The notes beneath the pieces were generated by a model that did no database searches, was not told the origin of the DNA, and saw only the letters and a list, made by a program, of their open reading frames with translations. The translations under genes and the position numbers were made by a program. This document shows positions 8,431-17,217 of a stretch of DNA of 64,000 nt, piece by piece. Source of the DNA: Steroidobacteraceae bacterium (GTDB taxonomy: Bacteria > Pseudomonadota > Gammaproteobacteria > Steroidobacterales > Steroidobacteraceae); NCBI GenBank assembly GCA_036489445.1, contig DASXFV010000038.1, positions 4,720-68,719 on the forward strand, written 5' to 3'. How positions within the stretch are numbered: the stretch's first letter is position 1; the number at the start of each line of letters is the position of its first letter.

Positions 8431-9804
8431 TCAAATGAGATCCTCGCCTTCGAAGACCACGCCGACCTGGCGGCGACGGGCGCGGTTGTTGCGCACCGAC
8501 CGGCGCCACAGGCTGATCCAGGTCCAAAAGTAGATCAGTTTGAACACCTGCAGGCGCCACCATACCCGCGGGCTGTTGAAGACATCCCCCGCCAGCAACG
8601 ACACCATGGCCTGCTCCACCTTCAGGGGGTTGCGCGGATGCGCGAACAACCGCGTCATGGCCGGTGAGGTGAAGCGGAAAATGAACCAGGACATCTGGCC
8701 CAGACCGCGCTTGACGAAACGCGTGTAATCGCGCTGCAGGGCCGCCTCGCGGCGGGGTTCGCGCAGACAGGCCGCCACCACATCGGCCGCCCGTTCCGCG
8801 CTGTTCATGGCCAGGTAGACACCGCTGGAGAAGATAGGATCCAGGAACGCGAACGCATCCCCCACCATGATCCAGCGGTGGCCGCTCATGCGGCTGCACG
8901 TATAGGAGTAATTGCCGGTGGCATGCAGGTTGCCGACAATACTCGCGTTCTTGATCCGATCACGCGCGCCGGGTATGCGCTTCAATGTGGCCAGCAGGAA
9001 GTCGGCGTTGCTGCCGCGGCGCTCCCGCAGGTACTCCGGATAGCACACCGCACCGATGCTCATGCAGTCACCGGGCAGCGGAATCATCCACACCCATCCC
9101 GATGGGAAGCGATAGATGCTGATGTTGCCGGCATCCTCGCCAGGCCGGCGCTCCACACCGGAGAAGTGCGCGAACAGCGCGGCGCTCTGGTGGAGTTGGT
9201 GCTTGCGCTTCAACCGCAAGGCGGTGCCGAGCAGGGTGTTTCGTCCCGAGGCGTCCACCACATAGTCGACTCGCAGGTCGGATTCCGTACCATCCGCCGC
9301 ACGCAGGCGCGCGGTGGCGGAATCGGTTGCGAAATCGATGCGCAGTACTTCGGTTTCCTCATGGGTCTCGGCACCGCAGGCGGCCGCGTGCTTGAACAGC
9401 ATGTGGTCCAGCTCTTCGCGGCGGATCTCCACCGCGTAGCCGGTCCCGGGGTTCAGGGTGCGGCCGAAGCGGAACACGGTGTAGCCGCATTCATTCGCTG
9501 AGGGAAAATCGGCGCCGAGCTTGCGCCGACCGAGGGCGAGGACCTGGTCGAATACGCCCAGGCGCTCGAAAATGGGCATGTTCATCGGCAGCAGGGACTC
9601 GCCGATGTGGAAGCGCGGATGGCGGCTCTTTTCCACCAAGGTCACACGCAGGCCCTGGCGTGCCAGAAGCGCCGCCGCGGTGGACCCGCCGGGTCCGCCG
9701 CCTACGACCAGCACATGGGCGGAATCAGGGTGTTGTGACAAGTGCGTGCTCCCTTGGGCGTGAGGCCGGTCCATCCACAGTCGGTCGGGCGGACCGGCCT
9801 CCAT
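8431..9804 (-). CDS. FAD-dependent halogenase-like oxidoreductase
   Basis: GxGxxG dinucleotide fold (VLVVGGGPGGSTAAALLARQG). Flavin-halogenase-like core including a WxWxIP-like motif (GWVWMIPLPG). Lies 47 nt upstream of the chorismatase on the same strand. Exact start uncertain. Confidence 0.75.
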   Translation of the reverse strand: MEAGPPDRLWMDRPHAQGSTHLSQHPDSAHVLVVGGGPGGSTAAALLARQGLRVTLVEKSRHPRFHIGESLLPMNMPIFERLGVFDQVLALGRRKLGADFPSANECGYTVFRFGRTLNPGTGYAVEIRREELDHMLFKHAAACGAETHEETEVLRIDFATDSATARLRAADGTESDLRVDYVVDASGRNTLLGTALRLKRKHQLHQSAALFAHFSGVERRPGEDAGNISIYRFPSGWVWMIPLPGDCMSIGAVCYPEYLRERRGSNADFLLATLKRIPGARDRIKNASIVGNLHATGNYSYTCSRMSGHRWIMVGDAFAFLDPIFSSGVYLAMNSAERAADVVAACLREPRREAALQRDYTRFVKRGLGQMSWFIFRFTSPAMTRLFAHPRNPLKVEQAMVSLLAGDVFNSPRVWWRLQVFKLIYFWTWISLWRRSVRNNRARRRQVGVVFEGEDLI

Positions 9805-9868
9805 GTTAGGATTTGCAGCCAGTGCCCGCCTTAAGAAGCGGGCCGTTCATTTTATCTTGCGATCCACC

Positions 9869-10180
9869 ATGCCTGCCATACAGACCACTGCTGAAACCGA
9901 ACTCGCCGAGCTCATTATCGCCGCCGTCAATCTTGAAGGGGTGCGCCCGGCCGATATTGATCCTGAGACCCCGTTGTTCGGGGCGGGCCTGGGACTGGAT
10001 TCGATCGATGCCCTGGAGATCGCCCTGGAGGTCTCCCGCCAGTATGGGCTGCAGCTGCGCTCGGACGATACGGACAACCGGCGCATTTTCGCCTCGCTGC
10101 GCTCACTCGCCACCTATATTCAGCAACACAGTCAACAGCCCAGCCAGACCCGCGGTGACCAGTCCCCTGTGACCGACTGA
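9869..10180 (+). CDS. acyl carrier protein (XanC/ApeE-like)
   Basis: ATG at 9869 inside track ORF 9803..10180. Phosphopantetheine attachment context (GLGLDSIDALEIALEV). Confidence 0.85.
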   Translation: MPAIQTTAETELAELIIAAVNLEGVRPADIDPETPLFGAGLGLDSIDALEIALEVSRQYGLQLRSDDTDNRRIFASLRSLATYIQQHSQQPSQTRGDQSPVTD

Positions 10181-11364
10181 TGCGACCGCTGGCCGTCACC
10201 GCCTATTCGGTGGTTTGCGCGACAGGCTACGGACAAACAGCGCTGCTTGCCGCATTGCGGGAGCGACGCGGCCCGCTCAAAGCCAACGATTTCACTGCCC
10301 AGCCGCTGGCCACCTGGATCGGCAGGGTGCCGGGACTGGAAGATGCGGTGTGGAACCTGCCGGCGGAGCTGGCCGCCTGGGAATGCCGTAACAACCGCCT
10401 GGCCTGGGCGGGACTGAACACCGACAATTTCGCGACCAGGGTGGCCCAGGCCCGCCGCCGCTACGGGGCACGGCGCATCGGCCTGGTGATGGGAACGTCC
10501 ACGGCCGCAATCGATGCCACCGAGGCGTTCTATCGGCACCTGGATGACCCGGCGGGTACCCCGCCGCATCTGTTCCAGCCGCAGCTGCATACGCCGCACT
10601 CGCTGGGTGACTTTGTGCAGCGCGCCCTGGGGCTGGAGGGGCTGTGCTTTACCATCGCCACCGCCTGCTCATCGAGTGCGAAGGTGTTCTGCCAGGCGGA
10701 ACGGTTGATGCGCCTGGGGTTGTGCGATGCCGTGGTGGTGGGTGGCGTGGATTCGCTGTGCAACAGCGTGCTGTACGGATTCAGATCGTTGGAGCTGCTG
10801 TCACCCGAAAACTGCCGCCCCTTCGCCGTGGATCGGCGGGGACTGAACATCGGTGAGGCGGCGGGGTTTGTACTGCTGGAGCGCGAGGGCGCAGATCTGC
10901 AGCTGCTGGGCTACGGCGAAACCAGCGATGCGCACCACATGTCGGCGCCGCACCCTGAAGGGTTGGGCGCGCGCCTGGCGATCGAGCAGGCGCTGGCCCG
11001 GGCCGCTCGCAGACCCGAGGACATCCAGTACATCAATCTTCATGGCACCGCGACACCCAAGAACGATGCGGTTGAAGCCCGGGTCGTCGCCGCACTGTTT
11101 CCCGCTGCCACACGTGCCAGCTCCACCAAGGGCTGGACCGGTCATACGCTGGGTGCCGCGGGGAGCCTGGAGGCCATCATCACCTTTCTGGCGCTGCGAA
11201 CCGGGTTGATTCCCGGCACGCTTAATACCACCCAGCTGGATGCCGAGTGTGGTCCCCAGATCCAGCTCGAGAACACGCAGGGCGACATCCGCTTCGCGCT
11301 CAGCAATTCCTTCGGCTTCGGTGGCAGCAACTGCGTGCTGCTGTTCGGGTGTGGAACCGCATGA
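10180..11364 (+). CDS. beta-ketoacyl-ACP synthase (KS, ApeO-like)
   Basis: Active-site Cys context (TIATACSSSAKVF), downstream His motifs (DAHHMSAP, NLHGTATP), C-terminal NSFGFGGSN. Confidence 0.9.
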   Translation: MRPLAVTAYSVVCATGYGQTALLAALRERRGPLKANDFTAQPLATWIGRVPGLEDAVWNLPAELAAWECRNNRLAWAGLNTDNFATRVAQARRRYGARRIGLVMGTSTAAIDATEAFYRHLDDPAGTPPHLFQPQLHTPHSLGDFVQRALGLEGLCFTIATACSSSAKVFCQAERLMRLGLCDAVVVGGVDSLCNSVLYGFRSLELLSPENCRPFAVDRRGLNIGEAAGFVLLEREGADLQLLGYGETSDAHHMSAPHPEGLGARLAIEQALARAARRPEDIQYINLHGTATPKNDAVEARVVAALFPAATRASSTKGWTGHTLGAAGSLEAIITFLALRTGLIPGTLNTTQLDAECGPQIQLENTQGDIRFALSNSFGFGGSNCVLLFGCGTA

Positions 11365-12140
11365 GCACGCTGCTCGAAGTCGGTATTGCCGGGCTTGCCG
11401 TGTGGAATCCGCCGCAACCCCTCAGGCCCCAACCCACCATCCTGCCGCCCAATGAGCGCCGGCGGGCGCCCGACACCGTGGCGGTGGCCTTGCAGGTGGC
11501 GCAGGCGGCCTGCCTCAATGCCGGACGCGATGCTGCCCAGCTGCCGAGTGTCTTCGCATCCACTTACGGTGATCTGGCAACCACGGACTATATGTGCGGC
11601 ACCCTGGCCAAGGCGCCCACGACACTTTCACCTACCCGCTTCCACAACTCCGTGCATAACGCTGCCGCCGGATATTGGAGTATCGCCACGGGCTGCAGGC
11701 GACCGTACTGCGCCCTGGGCGCAGGCAGCTATACCTTTGCCGCCGGACTCCTCGCGGCGGCACTGCAGGTATGCGCCGAGCAAACCGATGTGTTGTATGT
11801 CGCGTATGACATCGATGCTCGCGGTCCGCTGGGGCAGGTGGCCCGAAGCCACGGGATGCTGGGCGTGGCGTTGGTGCTCAGCGCCGTCGCGGATGATGGC
11901 GCGTCCGGGGACGCAGTCGGTAGGAGGCTGCAACTGTCCGTGATCGCGCAGCCGCCGGCGGATCAGCTTGCCGCAGCGGCGAACGGACCTGCAGGTCCGT
12001 CAAGCGCAATGCCGGGAACGGCTAACGCCATGGCCGCCTGCCTGCCGTTGATTGCGGCGCTCCAGGGCGGCACGCAGCATGTGTTGCGCCTGCCGCTGGG
12101 TCCGGGATCTGCGCTGCAAGTGCGGGTCCGGCTTCAGTAA
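11361..12140 (+). CDS. KS-like chain-length-factor protein lacking the catalytic Cys context (ApeC-like)
   Basis: ATG at 11361 overlaps the KS stop (ATGA). KS-N-terminal-like sequence with no ACSSS-type motif. The position after the KS matches APE clusters. Confidence 0.65.
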   Translation: MSTLLEVGIAGLAVWNPPQPLRPQPTILPPNERRRAPDTVAVALQVAQAACLNAGRDAAQLPSVFASTYGDLATTDYMCGTLAKAPTTLSPTRFHNSVHNAAAGYWSIATGCRRPYCALGAGSYTFAAGLLAAALQVCAEQTDVLYVAYDIDARGPLGQVARSHGMLGVALVLSAVADDGASGDAVGRRLQLSVIAQPPADQLAAAANGPAGPSSAMPGTANAMAACLPLIAALQGGTQHVLRLPLGPGSALQVRVRLQ

Positions 12141-12168
12141 CGTGCCGCCAGGGCGGCAGGCAAAACCG

Positions 12169-13005
12169 TCAGTTCTGCAGAATCGGCTTGGCGAAGACGC
12201 CGTCCAGTTCCTTGCGGGAGACGGCTTTCCCCGCGAACTCAAAGGTCCCCTGGGTCTGCACTTCAGCCATTGCCTGCAGCATCGCGCCATACGCGGCTCT
12301 GGCCAGCGATCCCCCCAGACTGATGCGTGTGACGCCCAGTTCCTGCAGTTCCGCCACGGTGAGCGGCATGCCCGGCATCCCCGCCAGGATGTTCAAGGGC
12401 CGATCAATCGAGCTGATGATCTGCCTGATATCTTCCCGCGACTTGATTCCGGGCGCGAACAGGACATCGGCACCGGCCTCCTGGTAGGCCTGCAGGCGCC
12501 GGATGGTGTCCTTGAGGTCCGGTCGGCCATGCAGATGATTCTCGGCGCGCGCGGTCAGCGTGAATTTGTAGCCCAGGGACTTCACGGCGATGACCGCATT
12601 GCGGATCCGTTCCGCCGCCAGTTCCAGAGGATAGATGGGATTGCCCTCATCACCGGAGGCGTCCTCGATCGAGCCGCCGACAATGCCGGTTCTGGCCGCC
12701 TGCAGCAAGGTGACGACCACATCCTCCGGGTCATTGCCAAAACCGTTTTGCAAATCGGCACTGACGGGGATCGAGGTGGATTGGCACACGGCGGTCAGGT
12801 GCGCCATCAGGCTGCTCTTGGTGATGGTCAAATCGCTCTTGCCCAGCGAAAAGGCGAAGCCCGCGCTGGAGGATGCCAGGGCCTTGAACCCCAGGTGTTC
12901 GAGCAACCGCGCAGACCCCTGGTCCCAGGGGTTGGGGATGACAAAAGATGAACCCTTCTCGTGCAGCTTGCGAAACGCCTCGGCCTTCTGGATCTGTGTG
13001 GTCAT
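12169..13005 (-). CDS. isocitrate lyase / PEP mutase superfamily protein (2-methylisocitrate-lyase-like)
   Basis: Track ORF trimmed to the ATG at 13005, which has GAGGAAA upstream. Sequence FRKLHEKGSSFVIPNPWDQGSARLLEHLGFKALASSSAG...GGSIED is typical of this superfamily. Confidence 0.85.
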   Translation of the reverse strand: MTTQIQKAEAFRKLHEKGSSFVIPNPWDQGSARLLEHLGFKALASSSAGFAFSLGKSDLTITKSSLMAHLTAVCQSTSIPVSADLQNGFGNDPEDVVVTLLQAARTGIVGGSIEDASGDEGNPIYPLELAAERIRNAVIAVKSLGYKFTLTARAENHLHGRPDLKDTIRRLQAYQEAGADVLFAPGIKSREDIRQIISSIDRPLNILAGMPGMPLTVAELQELGVTRISLGGSLARAAYGAMLQAMAEVQTQGTFEFAGKAVSRKELDGVFAKPILQN

Positions 13006-13018
13006 GTGCTTTTCCTCG

Positions 13019-13453
13019 TTACTTGCGCCGGATGATCGCCAGCCGGCCGCTCGCCAGCGGCCGGCCGCGGTGGCAAGCCGCAAACAGATATTGCCAGCTG
13101 TCGCTGTCCTGTAGCAGCAGTTGTGCGCGGACCTCCAGCTCGCCTTCCAGATCGTCGATCCGGCGACAGGCGAAGGTGACATCGCGCAGTGATACGAGGT
13201 ACCCGGGCGCGGCCGCCGTTCCGGCGGCGCGTGCGACCAGGCCACCGTGCAGCGCAGCGGCCTGGGCACCGTATTCGCACAGATGTACGGCCCGTAGCTG
13301 ACCGCCACTGCGCAGCGGGTGGTCCACTGCATGGTGGGTGCTCGCGAGCGCATCGATGCTGGACCCGTCCCATTTCGAGACTGCATCCAGCAGTGACATC
13401 GACCCCTGATGGGGGATCAGCTGGGCAATCACGATCCGGTCCACCCCGCTCAT
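13019..13453 (-). CDS. hot-dog fold 3-hydroxyacyl-ACP dehydratase (ApeP-like)
   Basis: ATG at 13453 overlaps the MMPL stop (ATGA). LIPHQGSMSLLDAV...HLCEYGAQAAALHG pattern. Confidence 0.7.
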   Translation of the reverse strand: MSGVDRIVIAQLIPHQGSMSLLDAVSKWDGSSIDALASTHHAVDHPLRSGGQLRAVHLCEYGAQAAALHGGLVARAAGTAAAPGYLVSLRDVTFACRRIDDLEGELEVRAQLLLQDSDSWQYLFAACHRGRPLASGRLAIIRRK

Positions 13454-15783
13454 GGCGGGTCCCTGCGGCGGATCAAAAGCTGCGACAACAGGAAGTTGCT
13501 GGCCACACCCAGCACCACGGTGATGCCAATGGAGCGCAGCACCGGCAGCGTGGAACTGCCGAGGACGGCGAAGACCACGCAAGCGGCGGTGGCGCAGATG
13601 GTGACCGCATGCAACGCGCGGCGATGCGCCGCCGGATCCGCGCTGGAGCGCTCCAGGAACAGGCCGTAATCCAGGCCCAGACCGGCTGCGAGGACCAGGG
13701 CGATCAGGTGGAACAGATTGAGTGCAATACCGAAGCCATGCAGCAGCGCCAAGGTCACCAATGTCGACAGGCCCATGGGGGTGACAACCCGCACCATCCG
13801 CCCGAAGGAGCGGCAGGTGGCGGCGACGACCAGGATCAGGAGCACGGCCGCGGCGGCCATGCTGGCAAGAATGCGTTGCCGCTGGTGGTTGACCAGATCC
13901 TCCGCGGCCTGTTTCAGATCCAGCAGCTGAATCTGCCCGTTCGAGCTGGCCAGAGCCGCCAGCTGCTGCGGCTGTTGCACATCGGTGAAGGTCACGAGCC
14001 CGGTCCAGCCGCCCTCGCGTTGCTGCAGCAGCGAGCCCACGGTCAGCGCCAGCGGTGTCCCGGCTAGGGTTTGCACGGTCAGCGGCGGCAGCGTGCGGGC
14101 GCGCGCGACATCCGCCAGAAATGGCGCGAACAGGCCGGGTTTGAAGGCCATGCCCGCGACGGCATGCTCCAGGCTCGCGCGCAGGGTGGCCGCGTCGGGC
14201 AGCGCGGCCTGGCGACGCCGCTGCACGGCGCTGCTGGGCAGGTAGTGCGAGGCCAAATCGTAGCCGCCGATCACGTGCTGCGTCGTGAGCGCGTCCAGTC
14301 GCCTTGACAGCGCTTCCTCGCGCACCAGCAAGGCGTCAGGGGTCGCAGCCTGCAGCGCCAGCAAATACCGCACATCCGGAGCGCCAAGGGCCTGTTGCAG
14401 GGACTCGTACTCGCGCACCATTGCTTCGGGCACTGGGGTCAGATGTCCCAGATCGTTATCCCACCAGGGTCCCCGAATGCTGATCACGGCAACCACGCCG
14501 ATCACGGCGATCACCGGCGCCAGCCAGGGCAGGCGCGGCAGTCGATTCGAAAGCCTCGCCAATGTCATGGATAGGCGGCTGTCACCATAATCGCGCACGC
14601 CCATGGGCAGCAGCTGCGGCAGCAGGTAGCGCGTACACAGGCCGGCGGCCGCCAGGCCCACGATATTGAAGGTGGCCAGCTGCGCCAGACCCAGGACGCC
14701 TGAGACCAGGAAGGCCAGGTAGGCAATGCACACCGCGGCCACTGCGGTCGCCAGGGTGGGCCAGACGGAACGTGCCACCTGCACCGGCTGAACCCCCGGC
14801 TGCTCATTGCTGAACAGATAGATGGGGTAGTCCAGCGCGACGCCGGTCAGCGTAAAGCCGAAAGCGATGGTGATGCCGTGGACGCTGTCGAACAATGCGG
14901 CGACCGCGCCCAGGCCGCACACGCCCGCGGTGGCGAGCGGCAGTGCGCCCAGCAGCACGCGCCGCATGCTGCGATATGCCAGCAGCATCAGCAGCACCAT
15001 CCCCACGGAGTCCAGCACCGCCGCCACGCGGGCGTCGGCTTCGCTGCGGCTTTGCATGGTGACCGCAAACGCGCCGGGTCCCGTAATGGTCAACTGCATG
15101 GCGGGGCTGGTCCGAACCGCCTCGAAGTGCCGGCGCAGCGTGTCGATGGCCAACCGCTGATCGGCGGGATCGAACCCCGCGCCGCGCGTCTGCACGATCA
15201 GCAGCGCCGCGTTGCCGGCGGAGTTGAACCACACATTGAACTGCTGCTGCGCCTGGTGTGCGGGCTCCCACGCTTCCAGGACCTTGATCAGTTCCAGGGT
15301 TGGATCACGCGGCAGCAGCGGCGTCAGCAAGGTGGCGGCGGGCGAGGCCAGATCCTGTTCGCGCTCCTGCAACTGCTCACGCAGGTAATCCGCATCCAGG
15401 CGGTGCGTGTCGAGGGTGGGCGAGAGCAAGTAGCGGTAGGGCAGCAGCGCGTCGGGCACCATGTCGAGCCGCTGCTCGCCATTGCTGACAAATCCAAAGG
15501 CCGGATCGGCGCGCAACGCTGCGGCGAGTTGCTGCGAAGTGCCGGCGAGCGCTTCGGGCGCTGCGCCTTGGATGGACACCAGCAGCAGCTTGGACGCGGG
15601 TCCCTGACTGACTTCATCCAGCAGCAGGCGACCCACTGCATCATGTGGCGCGGGCATGAACAGCCGCAGATCGCCACTGATGCGCAGGCTGTGATGGATC
15701 ACCAACCCGAAGCCGGCCAGCAGCGCGAGCCACAGCAGCGCGGTGATCCGAGCCGAGCCGCGCAGGCGGGTATTCAGTGGCAC
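13450..15783 (-). CDS. MMPL/RND-superfamily exporter (ApeM-like)
   Basis: 777-aa polytopic membrane protein with two hydrophobic blocks separated by soluble loops. GTG start overlaps the end of the LolA-like gene. Confidence 0.85.
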   Translation of the reverse strand: MPLNTRLRGSARITALLWLALLAGFGLVIHHSLRISGDLRLFMPAPHDAVGRLLLDEVSQGPASKLLLVSIQGAAPEALAGTSQQLAAALRADPAFGFVSNGEQRLDMVPDALLPYRYLLSPTLDTHRLDADYLREQLQEREQDLASPAATLLTPLLPRDPTLELIKVLEAWEPAHQAQQQFNVWFNSAGNAALLIVQTRGAGFDPADQRLAIDTLRRHFEAVRTSPAMQLTITGPGAFAVTMQSRSEADARVAAVLDSVGMVLLMLLAYRSMRRVLLGALPLATAGVCGLGAVAALFDSVHGITIAFGFTLTGVALDYPIYLFSNEQPGVQPVQVARSVWPTLATAVAAVCIAYLAFLVSGVLGLAQLATFNIVGLAAAGLCTRYLLPQLLPMGVRDYGDSRLSMTLARLSNRLPRLPWLAPVIAVIGVVAVISIRGPWWDNDLGHLTPVPEAMVREYESLQQALGAPDVRYLLALQAATPDALLVREEALSRRLDALTTQHVIGGYDLASHYLPSSAVQRRRQAALPDAATLRASLEHAVAGMAFKPGLFAPFLADVARARTLPPLTVQTLAGTPLALTVGSLLQQREGGWTGLVTFTDVQQPQQLAALASSNGQIQLLDLKQAAEDLVNHQRQRILASMAAAAVLLILVVAATCRSFGRMVRVVTPMGLSTLVTLALLHGFGIALNLFHLIALVLAAGLGLDYGLFLERSSADPAAHRRALHAVTICATAACVVFAVLGSSTLPVLRSIGITVVLGVASNFLLSQLLIRRRDPP

Positions 15784-16406
15784 ACCTTTTCAAGTTCTGC
15801 GCGGTCGATTGTTGCCGGAAGCGGCGTCGCGAGGGCTGTGCGCGCGGCCTCGTCCATGAGCATCACAGTCACGCTGCCATCCGGTGCCGCGGTGATCATG
15901 CAACGCGGGCTGCCGGCCGCCCCGTTCACTGTGATTTGCGACACGCGCTGACGCACCCGGCTGTCCCGCGGTGTCAGCCCCAAGGTCCAGTGCGCCTCAT
16001 CGCCGCTCACCGCCAGTGTGAAGCTGCTCTCCAGCTGCTGGCGGTTACCGCCCAACAGCGCTGAGAAGCTGCTGAGCAAGGTCTTCAGTTCCGGGGCCCC
16101 CTGCAGGGAATAGGTGCGCGGCTTGCCATTGCCGCGCACGACACTGACCGCATCACCTTTGATCTCGGTGTGTTCGGAATACGGTTTATCCACCGTCCGC
16201 GCCAGCGAGTCCGGACCGGAGTACAGCAGTTCTCCCGAGACGATGAGCGGCCGGCTGAGCAGCGGCGAGAAGTGCACCTCCACGAACGGCGTGGTCGCCG
16301 GCGCCGGGCGCGCCAGGTGTTGGAGCAAGCTGTCCAGATCCGGTGCTGCAAGGGCGGGGGCCGCACACACAGCCAGGGCTACGGCAATCCATCTCACGCG
16401 TCTCAT
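15774..16406 (-). CDS. LolA-like outer-membrane lipoprotein-carrier family protein
   Basis: Track ORF trimmed to the ATG at 16406, which gives a signal peptide (MRRVRWIAVALAVCAAPALAAP). Its position between dehydratase and MMPL matches APE clusters. Confidence 0.65.
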   Translation of the reverse strand: MRRVRWIAVALAVCAAPALAAPDLDSLLQHLARPAPATTPFVEVHFSPLLSRPLIVSGELLYSGPDSLARTVDKPYSEHTEIKGDAVSVVRGNGKPRTYSLQGAPELKTLLSSFSALLGGNRQQLESSFTLAVSGDEAHWTLGLTPRDSRVRQRVSQITVNGAAGSPRCMITAAPDGSVTVMLMDEAARTALATPLPATIDRAELEKVCH

Positions 16407-16774
16407 CCGGTGCGCTCCATCGGGTTGGCCGTGTCGGTCTGCAGCTCGAATACGCCCAGGGCCAAAGTCTGGTCGTTGGCCGTGACTTGGAAGCGCAGCT
16501 GCTGAGGTTCGTACTCCAGGCTTGCCTGCACCTGCATTCCCGGCAACCAGGGAGAGGGAAATTTGGCCTGGTGCAGGCGCAGCGGCCGCACGGGGGTCCC
16601 CAGCCACTGGTCGGCGGCATCCAGGACCTGTGCCAGCAGCAGCACACCGGGGACCACCGGTGCATCCGGAAAGTGGCCGGCGAATACCGGATGATCCGCT
16701 GCGATGAACAGGGGTTGCTGATGGCGCCTGACGCCCGCAACGGGGGGGGTGTGGGTCTTGTTTTTCATGCTCAC
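16403..16774 (-). CDS. FabA/FabZ-like hot-dog dehydratase (ApeI-like)
   Basis: HPVFAGHFPDAPVVPGVLLLAQV motif. GTG at 16774 or ATG at 16768. Confidence 0.75.
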   Translation of the reverse strand: MSMKNKTHTPPVAGVRRHQQPLFIAADHPVFAGHFPDAPVVPGVLLLAQVLDAADQWLGTPVRPLRLHQAKFPSPWLPGMQVQASLEYEPQQLRFQVTANDQTLALGVFELQTDTANPMERTG

Positions 16775-17217
16775 GGCGGAACATTAACATTCCGGGCTGA
16801 GGATCTGCCCCGAGGCTGTGCACGAGCGGTTCCAAACGTACCGAAACGGAGCAAAAAGGGTCGCCAAATCGCCGATTTCCCCTGGACCGGGCTCTAGCGC
16901 CACGGTGCCTGAATTCGCTCATTGACCGTGCCCGGCCCCTCAGCAATATTCAAAGCCGGTCCCGCGATTTTTCCAGCCACGGATTCCAAGATGTTTACCG
17001 GTGGTGATATGGTTAGGGGTTCGGACCTCGTTGTGACCGCCGTGTCCGAACGAGGTCGACCAGGCCGCCTGAGGGCGACCGGCAGACCCGCACCCAAGCC
17101 TTCCCAGGCCGGGTGCGAAAGGGCGCCACGAGGCGTTGCCTGGGGCAGGGGTAAAGCGTGGGCAAGAGAGGCAGGATTGCGCCGGGGCCAGGCACCGGTG
17201 CTCAAAAGGTGTCGGCA

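Noticed and set aside
7424-8899. Long 5' extensions of track ORFs 7424-8899, 12169-13386, 13019-13582, 15774-16946, 36781-38046, 42951-43832, 43940-45220, 49191-50744 and 49882-50856.
   Set aside because: The extensions overlap neighbouring genes or intergenic promoters and have junk-like composition. In each case an internal ATG or GTG gives the expected family N-terminus, often with ATGA coupling or a signal peptide. I verified the start codon position in the sequence for each trimmed call.
17019-17057. Two mutually exclusive helices in the 440-nt region upstream of gltB: GTTCGGAC/GTCCGAAC and GACCTCGTT/AACGAGGTC.
   Set aside because: They are real complementarity but short. They lie ~160 nt upstream of the start codon, I know of no attenuator or riboswitch of this form for gltBD, and this could easily be chance in GC-rich DNA.
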